A stretch of DNA of 64,000 nt from Balanoglossus misakiensis. Taxonomy: Eukaryota > Animalia > Hemichordata. The notes under the pieces are model-generated. The model worked only from the letters and a program-made list of their open reading frames with translations, was not told the DNA's origin and made no database searches. Made by a program: the position numbers and the translations under genes. Below are positions 1 through 14,062 of the stretch, piece by piece. Positions within the stretch are counted from its first letter, which is position 1, and every line of letters begins with the position of its first letter. The DNA lies in contig CM082582.2 in NCBI GenBank assembly GCA_040954595.2, positions 3,394,303-3,458,302 on the forward strand, written 5' to 3'.

Positions 1-626
1 ACGTGCAATCAATCAACGTATCCACAGCTGAGACCTCCGCTTCTATTCCCTTCTCTTCTTTCCTTGGGTGAAACTGAGTCACTCGCAATAGCTACAAATG
101 TATTTTCTTCCCATGATCCTAGCAAAATATTTCCATCCAATGTTCACCTCAAGGTTGACATTAACGTTTAAACCAATATTTGAGTGATTTGTTATTTTAC
201 TTCACTTTTTGAAATTGTGCGCCCTTGCCTTTACTTTAAAATACCTGTATGTGCCATGTGATCACTAGTATTTCACCCAAATATGTGAATTTTCAACCAT
301 GAGGTGTTATCCGTAACGAAAAACCTGAATGCACTGTTTATAAGCTCATGTGTTTATAAATATGATAAAAACGGAAAAAGAATTTCTTTAAAACATGATT
401 TTGGAGTTAGGGATTATTTATGCATGTTCAAGGGCCTCATCGACCACAGTTCATGAACAATGATCGTGAAATGCCAGAATGTCACAGAATGTTGTCATGG
501 CCAATAAAATTCAAAAAGTGTGTTTTATTTCGATGTACTTTCTTGTGGGTGTTATTATTCATTTTCAAAATTATTATTTTAAAAGCAATAACATACATGA
601 GATTCTGGTACAATTCGAGAGCGAAG

Positions 627-957
627 TGTACCCAAATTGAGTGTATACCCGACTGAGGAGGGGTTATATTGTTATATTATATCAACAATTGATTTTGTGG
701 CATATCAGTGCCTTTTTCTTTAATAACGAAACAGCGTCTGGAAGAGAATTTTTAAATGTGAAGAAACTCGTGACGATGAATGTAAACACGAGCGCCCGGG
801 ATCGAGCATTAAATATGAAGCAGGCGACAAAAAGTGACAAGACAGGCATCGCGCATGACAATTGCCACATATTCCAACAGAAGAGTTCCAAAATAAAATG
901 TCCGTAAATGTAACAGTTGTTTTATTTATTTGGTTTAATCTGACATGACTGTGGTTT
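627..957. repeat. Dispersed repeat, possibly Crypton-like; other copies at 15195-15277 plus 17596-17856 and at 63884-64000
   Basis: Shared blocks such as cgggatcgagcattaaa...gacaaaa(a)gtgac...ggcatcgcgc...gttccaaaataaaa in three places. Family assignment is tentative. Confidence 0.7.
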
Positions 958-2298
958 AGGCTAAGGCCAAAACAAAAAAAATGAAATGTTTCTGGTCAGC
1001 GCATGTGTCACTTGAATAACAGCGCGTCACCCCTTTTTTTCCTGTTTTGTGGTGGCGGCCACAGAAAACTACATACTCCTTCAGCTAGCTATAAATCACA
1101 TGATACATTGGGGTGCGTGATCTGAGTGACTGCATGAACAGTATACATTCCTTACTGTACAAAATAAGGATGATTCGAAACGTCAAAACTGTCAAAATAT
1201 GTAACAGTTTAATTTTGTTGATAACCTCTAGACGAAATGCTTACTTCAATAGCAACTTGATTTCTCAAGGAAATTAAAATAACCAAAAACTGATATCTTA
1301 ATCTGTATGAAAGACACCACCAATATTGATCTCACTACAATGATCCATACGCAATCTAAACCGCTTGTAACTGCATCAATTCAGGAATTTCCCGCCACTT
1401 GATGTTTTGGTAAACACTTTCGAATATTTAATCCTGCCTATATACAAGCGAACGGTTCATATCAATCCAAAGTGACCAAAAATGGTAAAAGATATAACGG
1501 CATTGTTTCTTTACATTGTGATGGCCCCCAGTACTCTATATGAACACCACTTAGCCACACATTGCGTATTGATCTTGAGATATCTCGTGTGTAGATTTAG
1601 TTGTTGTGGATGATACATTGTTTAGAGCTGTTTCCATGGAAATGACTTGGTTCTCTGTAGTACATGAATAAGCTAAGAAGAAAAGTACTTTCCAATTTGA
1701 AATGTATGAAATGACTCTCAGCACTACTGCTTGGTTGACAAGAAAATAAGAGTAATGTATACGTCAATCGATAGACATATAGAGGAAATCTGACACAGAC
1801 CATGTTTTCAGTAACAATGGAAAGTCCTAATATAATTACAAATCCAATGAGAAGAAACCCTTAAGATGAATTGAATAAGGAAGACCGGGAATTTTTCATC
1901 AAACTTGGGATTAAATTGCTGTTGTATTGCAGTCCTTGAAATTGGAGGTTCGGGCATATTATCAACTCGCCTTTTGTCAAACGCAGATTGATTCGTGTTT
2001 GTGTATTGCGAGGGAATGTCTTGTCAAAAGCATAACCCAGAAAATAAGAATGTGTCCAATGATTGCGTCTAAGAGGTGAAATAGTCATCTCAACAAGCAA
2101 ATTGTATGCGTCATTTGGAATAAAGCCGACACGAATACAAAGCTTTTGATTTGTTTAGGTCAAAGTTGTAAGTTGAAGGTGTATCCTGATGAGCCAACCA
2201 ATGACGTAGTGTATTCGATCTTCGCAAAACACTCGAACCGACGACATCATCTTGTCTACACAGAAACTGCCTTTGACAGAAACAAAGTATTGTCCATC

Positions 2299-5200
2299 AT
2301 GCCCAATAGAAAAAACAGGGTAGAAGACAACATTTCCTTGAGATCGCCAGGTTCCAGAGCAACACTGGGTCGTTTTTGGCATGGGAAAGATTCTCTTCTG
2401 ACAGCGGGTGCTAAACGATGGCTGTTCTTCAAGCTGATTGCTGTGTTTCTGATACCCGTTGGATTGCTTGTTGTCGTCATGTCAATGACTGTATGGGAAC
2501 TGGCAGTCGAGAGAGAGAACCACACCTATATGGAAGAAGACTTAAACCGAATTGTGTTTCTGAAAGATGTCATTAACTACCTGCAAGGTCAAAGGTGTGA
2601 ATTTACTAAAGTTAATCTCTTCAGCGTTGATCATGCTGTCTTGATATCTCCCAGTTATACATGTGTCAACGTGACTCATATAGATTTTCCTTGGCCAACC
2701 CTGACCCTATCCATGGGTGATGCCACCTTCACATCTGCAGAGCAACTGCGGGATCATTTCTATGAGAAGGCTCTCGATGTTAAGAGGAACTCACTGAAGC
2801 CAACGGACGGTGTTTTAGTGTATTCAGAGGCCATTATGAATATAACAGACCAAATAACTGCACTTATTAAGCTAAGCAAAAGTGGCAACATGTGGCAATC
2901 GCTGATGACATATTTAATGCTTATTAAAACGCAGGAAAATCTAGCATTGGAAAACCTCATTGGAGCGCTTTATTTTGAGAATAGAACGTTCCCATCAGAA
3001 GAATTGTTCACGATGTATTGTAAAGCCCTCAGCGTAGCAAACATGACATTTACTGCAGCAAAGCGGTTTTCAGTCAATTTGAAAGAAATTCAGTTGAACT
3101 GTTTTGCACATTCTGATTGCCCAGACTTTATGAAGAAAGTAAGAAAGAGCATACGTGTTGAGCATCTACAGAGTGGACGCTATAATATCTCATTAACTGA
3201 GGGGCTGTTATATTTAAACGAACTGGAAGCCATCACTAAAGACGGCCAGCTATTGACGACAGACATTGGAATGATCTGTTATAATATTTTAACAGATTTA
3301 AAAACCTCTGCTACCAATAATTTAACACTTAATGTACTTGCACTTCTGATCAGCACAATCGTCGTACCAATGACACTCAAGGCAATTGTAAACATTGTTA
3401 AACAACTTCGAAAATCCGTCGAAAACCTAGCGGGACAGGCCGTTTTGTTAACTGCCGAAAAAAGGAAAGCTGATGTCCTTCTGACACAAATGCTACCAGC
3501 TCAAGTAGCCGATGATTTGAAACACAAGAAGTCTGTGAAAGCCGAGTTGTACGACTGTGCCACAGTTTTGTTTACTAACGTGGTCGAGTTTACCTCGTAC
3601 ACGACCATAATGCAACCAGTTGATGTCGTACGCATGCTCAATAGTCTATATTCCTGTTTTGATGCACGAATCAAGCTCTATGATGTGTACAAAGTTGAGA
3701 CAATCGGCGAAGTGTACATGTGTGTGTCTGGTAAGTGCCCATAATTATATTGAAAACACTTACACGATACTCACACCAAATACATACACATATAATAACA
3801 AATGTTAGTCAGGGCAATATCACAATTTGTAGCCTGCACTCGGGATGGTGAACTCTGACCATAATATTTACCATGCGAGGGTTAAATCAATAATGGGCAG
3901 GGAGTACCAAGGTGAAGGTCCTGAGAGAAATTTATAATTGAGATGTGGGGAGCCTCTAAGCCTTTATTGCATACAGTGTACATAAGATCAGGACAGCGAG
4001 CAGGCTCTTGGAAACAAGCCTTTTTCCTCCACAAGTAGTTGTGTAATGTTTTCGGGGGGGGGGGTGTCATCATATTTTTTGCCTGACAAAGGGGGGGGGG
4101 ATCATCATTTTTTGGTCCTGGGTGAAGGGGGGTCTGCCTGATTTTGAAAACTGATGACAGAAACTTGTCGACACCCCCCCCCCTTAGCCGTAAAAACTGA
4201 ACGGTTCCTTAGCCAATCAGGAGTACATGTATTTTGAGACCAGATTAATTTCCTCAATTTACAAAAGACAGGACATCCGACAGAGTCCACAAACCAGACC
4301 GTGAACACCTGCTATGTACAGTACAAAACAAAATCATCGAAATCGAGATTGTCATACTACTGGTTACCGACTACAATCAAATTCGTCTTCTCCTCAATAA
4401 ATATCCCAATTAGCCCATGTTTCTGAAATGAAACCATGGTAACAGAATAAAAACTACTGAAACAATGGCTACAAGTTACAGTTCATAGGCATTAAAAAAA
4501 CAGTTAAGACCTGTTTAATATGTTCCACATTCAAAACTCATGACGAGTCATTTCAACTTTGGCGCCATTGCAAAACAATGTATGCAGGCTTTGGGATAGA
4601 CTTAATTGAAGTCTATCGGTTTCATTTTTCATAACAAATACATGTCAGAAATTCTGTTCAGAGTCTCTCAATATAGCGTGTGTGGAGTAAACGAGTAGCG
4701 AGTATGAGCGTGAAAGTCATGGAATGAATCGCGTTGACCTGAAGATTTGTGAAGCTTGTAGGCTTCTGGTGATGCAGAGTACATATTAGGAGGAGATTCA
4801 ACGCATGACCTTTCGTGACCAAAAAGTCACATGCTAATTAACATTCTTAATGAAAGTCAACCAGAAGTTTAGTACGTACCATATCAATAATTTCACCGAA
4901 ATCCAAAAATATTCTGTGCGTTTCTCTTGTGTCATAAAGACTGAAAAACACTGTCAACTCTATCACGAGGGGGAACCGTTAAATTGCGGGTTGCGGGTTG
5001 CGGGTCGCCGATTGCGGGTCGTAAAATATGGTTGTGTTTTGATAATGAAAGAATAATAATATTATATGTCAACAGAAACGATCAAATGATTGCCTCCCAG
5101 AAGTTCAATTTACGCGATTTGCGCCACAACTCCGGCAGCGGACTGTGACCCTCACACTCACTACTGTGTGCGCGGCCTCATTAGCATAAATTAATCGGCC

Positions 5201-8200
5201 ATAATCCCAGTCACTTCCAGCGGTAGTACTCGCTGAAATATGTAAACACTGAGTCCACTGAGTTTTTCACGAAAGGAGTTTTGGGACCAGAAATAATCAG
5301 AGTTCAGGCTTGTATAGGTCGTTTTATTAAATTACGCTCACTTTGCTTTCTGTTGCCGTTCAAATGTCCCTACACAAGTCGGGTCGTTGCAACTACACGA
5401 TATAGAATGGGGTTTGCCCGCAGCTAGCTGTCTGTGGGAGTAATCAGCCCCTGCATGGAAACCATGTCGATCCGAACATATCAGCATTATATCAGATCAT
5501 TTCACAACCAAAACGTGACACAGAGATGCATTCGATCATCGCTGCGATTTTTATTCCGATTTTATTTTTATTCATTGTCAACCCGCAGCCCGCAACCCGC
5601 AGCCCGCAGCCCGCAGCCCGCAACCCGCAACCCGCACATTAATCACTTTCATCACGAGGCCCCTTGGAGGAATTGTGCCCCAAATTCGAAACACAGCGCC
5701 TTACCAGAAACTGGCTCAAAGCCAGCAAATACACAATAATATAAAGTAACACTTACGAGACATCGAACATCTGAATTTGTTAATAATCTTTATAAAGACA
5801 AAAAATCACCCAATGATTTAGTAGGCAAACCTAACTTTGGGCCTATTTTTTCCTAAAACAACAATTCCACTATGTCCCTGGAGATTTACCATATTATGAC
5901 ATTTAGTCAGATTAATCCTCTCTTTGGAATTTAGTTAGCGTCATAGCGTGGCGAAGCATATGGTCGATTGACCGAGTTAGGGTGTACCGGTACTTTATGA
6001 ATCATCTTATACTAACACAACTAGACTAGACAAGACACGAAAACTGGGGAAAACGCTCTTGTGTCAATTTGAATTGGCCACACATGGACCCCCATCTCTT
6101 ATGCCTGGTATTTCAGCTGCGTTTGATACACTTGGCGGTCTTTCAATGGTTCAAATCATTTTTGATTGGTTGTGTACAACATGCATCTGTTGATCCACCA
6201 TTTTGAAACTATGTTTACAATATATATTTAAGTTTGGGGTTCGTCAAGGATCTGCACAGAAATCTTATGCATGCTACTTTGTACATCATTCGTTTTCATT
6301 TCCGTCCATGACTTACAAGTAACAGACACGTGGTGCGACCACTTGACGGTGGTTCCAGACAATCCTATTGAAATTGTCATTTTTTTCTCTTATTTATTTC
6401 TTGGACTTGGTAATTAGCTTACCTTGAATAATATTGATTATTGGCCAAGATTTGATGTCTTATTGACTTTATATTAGCGTATGATTACCAGGTTCCGTTT
6501 ACGTAGTTTGTAGAGTTCTGAGAATGTTACTTGTAAGAACTTGAATAGACTGTGTCGATGACATCGAGCGATAGTAAAAATGAAGTAGGGTTTTCCGTTT
6601 CTGGGAAGATTCAGAAAATGTTTGAAAACATTTGAGCATTTCATTAACATTTACAAGGCTATGGGAAATGTCTCCAGTATTTACAGTCCTTGATATAAAA
6701 TGGTCAAAGTTGAACAAGTTATTTTGAATGTACGTGATACAAGGCAAAGTTTTATACTGCAAATTACGCTGGTCAAATGCTGTGGATTGAGCGATTCTTT
6801 GATACGAATGTTATGGGTAATTGAATTATGTCTTCCAAACACCACATAAAAACTTCTATTTTTAGAGACTCCTACAATGTTATGACATGTTGCTTTCAAT
6901 ACTGTAATGTTATGCGCCTTATAAAAGAGGCCAAGTAATTTGGTACAGTGTTAGGCAATGCATCCTGCAGCTTTATTGGATAAAAACCTATTGTTCTTTC
7001 AGGATTACCAAATCGCAATGGCAAACGGCATACAGGCGAGATAGCATCACTTTCTCTGCATTTGTTACGAAGCATGGATGAAATTACTGTACCTTGTCAT
7101 AAAGACATGAAGTTGAAGCTGAGAGCTGGCATCAATACAGGTGAAAACTTAAAGTCAGATTCATAATTTCATAAATTGTAGCTATTTTTATTTATTTTAT
7201 AATTTATTGATGTTTCTATTTATCTGTTTACAATATTATTATTAATATTATTACAAGTTTAGTGGTTTTAAAAAGTTACGTATGTATAGTTTTAATATAC
7301 CTCATGCTAATACTGTGTCGCCAGAATCCGTCACGTGATAGGAAAATAGAATTGTCTATGAATCCCTAGGGAAATAGCAGAAAAAAACATAAAAGGGTCA
7401 TGTGACCAAGATGAGTTCACAGACATGAGGTTTACTATAAAACACCTAAGCCTGGCCTACATTCGGACCATAGCAGCTGTGTTTACCCCTTCGTGACTGT
7501 GAGTTACCAGAATCATATGCTATTTGATAAATTGATACATGGTTGCAATTTATGGAATGGATCATATCCAACGGCAAAATATTATTTTGTGTAACTGAAT
7601 GAAGGGATTTTAGGCAAAAATTATATGTGTCGTTTGGATAACACACTTCCAAACATTTTGGAAACACCTTGCATATGTTTATATGTTAGTATTTAATGAG
7701 TTTATTGAGATCAATATCATTGTATATATATATATATTGGCTTTTGTACGAAGCAAAGTTTTATACTGAATACCATGTTGAATAATCTTAAGGATGATTT
7801 TATGTATTTAAATATAACAAAACGAAGTGATCACATAAAACAGGTAATGAGGCACTGTCTGTATGCCACCCACTGTTAGCATCATGTGCATTATAATAGG
7901 CCGTTCACTCTTCTGCTCATATTTCCACACTTATTTGTATCACATCTTCAGGAAGCAGAGCTAAAAATTTTAACAGAGAATTTTAGAAACCGCTTGTATA
8001 TTTACTTGTAACTTTTTTTGTAATTGTTTTTTTTCTAACATGTTCTTGTTGTGTTTTTATTAATGCCTGATGCCGAAGGCAAATATCCAATAACATTGGA
8101 CAAAAAAGAAGCTTATCTCTATCTCTCACATTGTAAATGATAATGTGTCCTTTTTTACAGGTCCCGTGGTTGCTGGTGTGGTAGGCATAGCAACCCCTCG

Positions 8201-10549
8201 ATATTGCTTATTTGGCGATACAGTGAATACTGCTTCGAGGATGGAATCAAACAGCTTACGTGAGTTCGCCCTGATAGAGTTAAAGTGATAACCAAGATAA
8301 GACAGAAACACATGTGATTATCTCCATATCATGAATATATTCTGAATAGCCTTACAAATAAGTGGATGGCACTTCACATAGCAATCACATTGAGAGGTGA
8401 TTTGAATTGCATTGAAACGGTGAATTCCATAAAGACAAGCTAACAGACAGATAACAATGTAACAGACTATCATATAGCGTTGCCCAAGAGGACGACCGAT
8501 CCAATAGTCGAGAGTCTCTTTTAGGTGCAGCGCCCTCTAGAGGTGATAAGTACTGTATTCAGTGACTTCAGCAGCCCATTCTGGGAAAAGCTTCGCATCT
8601 CAAACAGATAAAGCTACTTCTATAACATTATGTGTATCTTCATCAACAACTGATGCAAAACTAAAATACAAACTATAAATTGCTTTCCACTAGAAGATAC
8701 AGATTGTTTAATTTGTCTAAGTTCTGTAACATTGTTGAGCTTAAGCATGATGTATTAAAATTGATTCAGTAAGATTAAGTCTTTTAAAATTAAGGTTTTC
8801 TTACGATTTTGGTGAACTTTTCCAGTAATCAATATCACATTTTATACTTGTAACTGAAACTGTGACTGTAAAGTGCTCTTTACAAAATATTGTCATTTTC
8901 CTGATCATTTGAATGGTAAAAAACAGGGTGTCCCCATTCTACTTTTTGGGTTAGAGGGTGTTTAATTTAGGATTAACACCATTCATTTAATCCCATGCTA
9001 TCTCTTTCCTATGGTAAAACTTTTTGAACAGATTGATCGAAAACTAGAGCATGATGATAAAGTGTTTCTGTATGTGTGTAACATACGTGTGGCATTTGAC
9101 TAGAAGGGTAACAATAATAGTTTGTCAGAAAACAGCCTATTAAAGCCTCTAGAGCTGCCACTTTTTGCATTATTTTCATGATTTTATTTTTCAACTTAAA
9201 TTGGTCCATCTAGATAAGCTTACTGATACTAGGTATACATGAACACCTTATCGATGCCCGATTGTGACTGCATGTTGCAATTTCAACAGGCTATGTGTTA
9301 AAATGCATAGTAATATGGCTTAATGGTGAGGATTTTAGAGGATGGGGAATATATTTAAAGTAGAAAAAAATATGTGAAATTTGGCAGCTATAGGGGCTTT
9401 ATACAGTCCTTATGTGTAATTGTCCGAATTTTCTGATGGAAAGTGATCCAAGTAAACATATGAGACAGTTTTTGTACTTGCTTACAGTCCTTAACTCAAT
9501 AAAGGAAACTGGAAAATAAATACCCTGAATTTGACCATTGAAACCTCAAAATTTGAATAGTGGGATCCAAAATCTGAGACAGGTCACTCTATATTGTACA
9601 AATTATTGTACTGAGTGATACACGTCAAAATAATCAGTAAATATTAAGGGGACAAAGTCTCTCTCTCACTGCCCCTTTTCCATTATTAAGTTTGATACAA
9701 GACACCATTTATTTTGGTATATGAACGTTCAACCACACACAATTTCCATCTCGCGCGGATATGAGTGTAAAACTCGCCCAAAATGAATAAATGGTAGAGA
9801 ACAATTATTCCTTTTGGCGAGTTTTTTCACTCTCATGTATAAAGCGGGATGGAAGGTGTGTATGGTTGAATGTTAATTCACTATATATCCACATGTTTAT
9901 AAATGGTGTCTTTAATCAAACATAATTACTGGGCAAAGGGTAGTGAGAGAGAGACTTTGTCCCTTTAAATATATTTACAAATGGGGGTTATGAACTGCAT
10001 TAGGCCTCATGCTATTATTCAGATCATTATACAGCAGTTAACTTGTTAAAATTATTTTGTTCTTTTGACCAGCTGGAAAAATTCAAGTTAGTCAACAAAC
10101 TGGACGATATTTGACTGAATTGGGAGGTTTTGTTATAATGCCACGTGGACAGATAATTATAAAGGTTAGTACCGGTATGTGCAGTAAATAAATATTTTTT
10201 TTTCCAAATCAGTTAGACAGAGGCTCATGTCTGGGTTTCAAGTGTAGTTTGAAGATAGTTGTAGAGCTATCTGCCTGTCTGGCAGTTGTTCGTGATAGAA
10301 ATGTGTGAGATCGTAACTGAACAAAGCCTACATAAGGGAGCTGTCATTATTTACGATCTGGGGGTCGGAGGAATCATGGGGGGTCACTCAAAATGGAAGT
10401 CTGAAAAGGGGGGTCTCAAAAAGTGGAGACAAAGAGGGGAGGGGGGGGCCACCCAATTTTTGGAAATGTATCAAATTATAATTTCAACTGCAAGATTTAG
10501 TCGTGTAGGGGGTCTAGCAGGGCTCCACGGCCTTCGGTCGTGGAGCACC

Positions 10550-10587
<38 letters not shown>

Positions 10588-12049
10588 TTATTTGCCAAAA
10601 AATGAAAGGAAGCATTTACATCAAAATTATAGAGTACAGTAGAAAATAAAGACAATTTCTGGCAGGAGCCACAAAAAATAGTTCCTAAGAACTAGTCGAG
10701 TTTGTGGCACCAAAGTATCAGGTAAGTAAATATTATACAATATGTGAGACTGACGAAAAATCAAAACAAAAAAACTATTAAAGAAAGTACTAGTCGAGAA
10801 AGAAAAACAAACAGTAAGGTGACAGGGCAGGCTGAAAAGACTGCGGTACAGATCAAGTACTTGAAATAGTGTTCATAAGACTGGATTCATTTAGTTATTT
10901 CACCTTTTTCAACCCATGAATATGGAATTGGAACCTGAGAGAATATTAAGCTACCATATCAGTAATTTATACAAATTGACAGGCGGTTTAGGTAATCTTC
11001 TACAGCAGTCAAGCATTTTGCGCGCATGCTGAGTGTTATTAGGCTTATATTTTTTCTGTGTTGGCGTACATAAAATATTACATCTTGAATTCTAATGTAA
11101 ATGTTTGTGTGAGAAATACGATCCCAGGTCGTTCGGAGTGTGAGATTCTATTAGTGTCACCAGGGTGACAGTCATTTCACTAAGCATTGTCATGTGCAAA
11201 TAACTATTCAGCTGCCTTTGCCACATGGGAGGGGGACACCCATTCTCTTGCTTTACCAATTCTGTCAACTATTGTAATGCCTTGTACTTATAATTTATTC
11301 ATAAATTACCTAAAATATTCCTCTTTCCAAAAAATCTACATTTCCCAAAACCCACATCAGCCAACATCATGCCATTTAAAATATGTGTCACCACAAAATG
11401 GTTAAATGACTCCAGTGAATCTTCTCCATCATATAAATCGATAAAGTGACTGGAATCCTTTTGAGGGGCGGCATACCCACCTGTGTGTCGACTGTCGACT
11501 TTTTAGCACAACCCGCTTTGGTGAAATGAAGAATATAACCAACAAATCTGGCTGTATATGTGGCTGTGACTCTGAAGTGTATATAGTATAATACTAAATC
11601 ATCCTACCATCCGCCATTCTTATTCACCCATTGGACGAAAGCTCAAATCCGGCGAAGCTAAAACACTCAATAGAACACTGCTAAAACTTGTCCCTGAACT
11701 GGCATTCATTGACGCAACTTTGGTTAAGTTCGTAACTTATTTTTCTGACACTGTTTCGTTAAGAAAATGACACTGATATGCCACAATATCATTTTTTGAT
11801 ATAATAGCAATAATCCCTGCCGCAGTCGATTTGATACAATTCCCTCCGGCTCGTATTATATGTCACAAATTGTACTATACCCATGCTCGCGTATACGTGC
11901 CTACAATGGGGGTTATTGCTTAGATATATACTGGCACCTGCATGATTTTGTGCATTATTGCTTCGTTTTAGGGCAAAGGGAAGATGATGACATACTGGTT
12001 GCTTGGAAGGAACCAGTCACCAAATGATGTACTTTCTCAAGACACCTGA
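2299..12049 (+). CDS. NIT-domain, two-TM membrane guanylate cyclase-like protein (~612 aa); coding exons 2299-3730, 7003-7140, 8161-8259, 10073-10164, 11972-12049
   Basis: GT-AG exons join in frame (1839 nt). Cyclase motifs: [29 protein letters not shown]|[16 protein letters not shown]|[34 protein letters not shown]|[10 protein letters not shown]. Two hydrophobic helices flank a NIT-like region (INYLQGQR...[24 protein letters not shown]). The start is the first in-frame ATG; a possible acceptor at 2157-2158 allows an upstream exon. Confidence 0.88.
3927..4208. mobile_element. Truncated PIF/Harbinger-type MITE (right end of the 19597-21001 family)
   Basis: Ends gccgtaaaaactgaacggttcc followed by TTA; colinear with about 20765-21001. 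Confidence 0.7.
4971..5650. mobile_element. Non-autonomous MULE/foldback-like element with 7-bp subterminal repeat arrays
   Basis: 9-bp direct repeat ATCACGAGG at 4962-4970 and 5651-5659; (TTGCGGG)n on the left and (CCCGCAR)n on the right, inverted. Confidence 0.75.
9144..9398. mobile_element. Kolobok-like MITE
   Basis: Imperfect TIR agcctctagagctgcca / tggcagctataggggct; flanks TTAA and TTAT. Confidence 0.5.
9648..9964. mobile_element. Kolobok-like MITE, copy 1
   Basis: TIR RGGGACAAAGTCTCTCTCTC with TTAA on both sides; internally palindromic; homologous to 13715-14062. Confidence 0.8.
10550..10587. repeat. (AAT)n microsatellite, possibly the tail of a minus-strand LINE 3' fragment
   Basis: About 12 AAT units seen directly; LINE origin is inference. 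Confidence 0.8.
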
Positions 12050-13714
12050 GATTACATGTTGGTGTTTTGCCGGATGGGAATTTCCTTCACTGTTTTCACT
12101 TTCTTCTGGCTATGCTGTGCTATGAAAGAGGAATTTCAGAGAAGCGACATTTTCTGTGAAGTTACCCAAGAAATTGAGGAAGTCTGGATTGCGTAAATCT
12201 AATGGTAATACAGGAAAACCTGAGTGTTCTTATTTCCCTATCTGTATTTGCAGGCATTCTAACGTTTTGGTTTACATCTTATATTTTCCGCATTTTAAAT
12301 ATTATTGCAAATAATACCCTTTCGTAAGTAGGTGTGTTGACAGATATGAGTGTTAGGAAGTTAACCTATTTACAAACACAAACATGTGCACATATTGTTA
12401 CCCAAAACTAAAATGTTACGTGAATTTTTTAAACATCTACTTTTGTATAACTTTAGAAAATATGCAAACTTTTAGCCCAAAACATATTGTCATGGAAACG
12501 TGTGGCATCATAACGAACATCATGTTATTCGTTTCACCAAAACAACCCACTTATCAAATTTACCTGTGGAAATCAAGCATATAATTATTATTCGCTTTTC
12601 TATAATTGTAGTACATGTAATTTTTATTCTAGTAGTCGTTGTTTATAATTATTTGTGAAAACAAGACGTTATACTTAAGATCTTGATATTGATATTAGTA
12701 AATCGGGTCAGTAGCTAACGTCAAGTTGAAGTTGAGTCATTATCAGCCAATTACAAATAAGTACAATGTAATCAGAAACTTTCCCTCCAAGATGAACTAT
12801 ATTAGATACAGTTAATCACTTTTCATTAGAACTTGATTTGAGGAATTAATTCCAGGCACTTGCTCGGAACTGACTCCAGTCACATCAGGTCTTTCCACTT
12901 CTCTCCCTGGAGTTGACACTGATGCTGCAACAGTAGTTTTACGTAGCTATAGTAATAAATTTGTTTAAACACAGTCAAAGTCTCCGTCTCCATCATAGTC
13001 AAGAATCCACATACCCCACAATCAATTCTCCAACATTCGTAGTTGAATTAGTTATAATAATTTATTACACCTCACTCTGTATTCTGTACTCTTGATTGGC
13101 TGAAACCGTACCACGTGACATAGAACAAAATGTGATATTACATGGTTTACAGTCTATGGCCCATAGGTAGGGGCTACGGGCCAGGGATACGTGCGCGCTG
13201 AGAGAATATTGCAGGCTGAGAACAGGTTTTAGGTTCTGCGCATCTTTTCTGCGCATAACAAACTGTCGTTCAATGGCTTCCTCCATGATCAGTCAACTCC
13301 CGCATAATGGCTTCAAAGCGACACACAGGATTAACAGCTGTTCAACTGGACGATATTTTACCAAAGTCGCAACCAACATCGCGGTTTATCTGAGTTCGAA
13401 GTAGGTACACTGTACAGCTAGATATTTTAGTTCACTGCAACCTGCATCGTACGAAATGGACGCAACACTCTATGCTGTGTATGGTCAAATGTTCGGTATA
13501 ATAAAATTATTAACACATGTCATGCTCGGGCAATATCATGATCTTTGGCCTGCACGAGGGATGGTGATCTCTGACCAGATGTAGTGTGAGGCGACAGCAT
13601 TAAAAAAAACATGTCGCCATTCCCTACATCTGATTTTAATCAGATTGGTTGACCCCCCATTTTTATTCAATCACGAAAACGGTATAATACGTGAGGTTTA
13701 ATAATATAGATTAA

Positions 13715-14062
13715 AGGGACAAAGTCTCTCTCTCGCAGACCCTTTTCCATTAATAATGTTTGATACAAGACTTCGTTCATATTATTCTACATGTGGATAT
13801 ATGGAGAATCCACATTCAACGACATACAATTTCCATCCCGTTTGTAGGATATGATAGTAAAAATCCCGCCAAAATGAATAAATGGTAAACACCGATTATT
13901 CATTTTGGCGAGTTTTTCACTCTCATGTCTACAAGTTGGATGGAAGTTGTGTGTGATTGAACGTTGATTCACTATATATCCACATGTAGAATAATATAAA
14001 CGGTGTCTTGTATCAAATATAATTAAATGAAAAAAGGGCAGCGAGAGAGAGACTTTGTCCCT
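13715..14062. mobile_element. Kolobok-like MITE, copy 2
   Basis: TTAA-AGGGACAAAGTCTCTCTCTCGC...GCGAGAGAGAGACTTTGTCCCT-TTAA. Confidence 0.82.

Noticed and set aside
962-1060. TAA-GGCCAAAA possible MITE end (similarly 10333 and 51321)
   Set aside because: No matching opposite TIR or TSD found.
2146-2298. TTG-started N-terminal extension of the 532-aa ORF
   Set aside because: Eukaryotic gene; the TTG start is an ORF-caller artefact, and the ORF end also runs past the donor at 3731.
7860-8125. Possible LINE 3' end in a cyclase intron
   Set aside because: Only a vague resemblance; too degraded to support.
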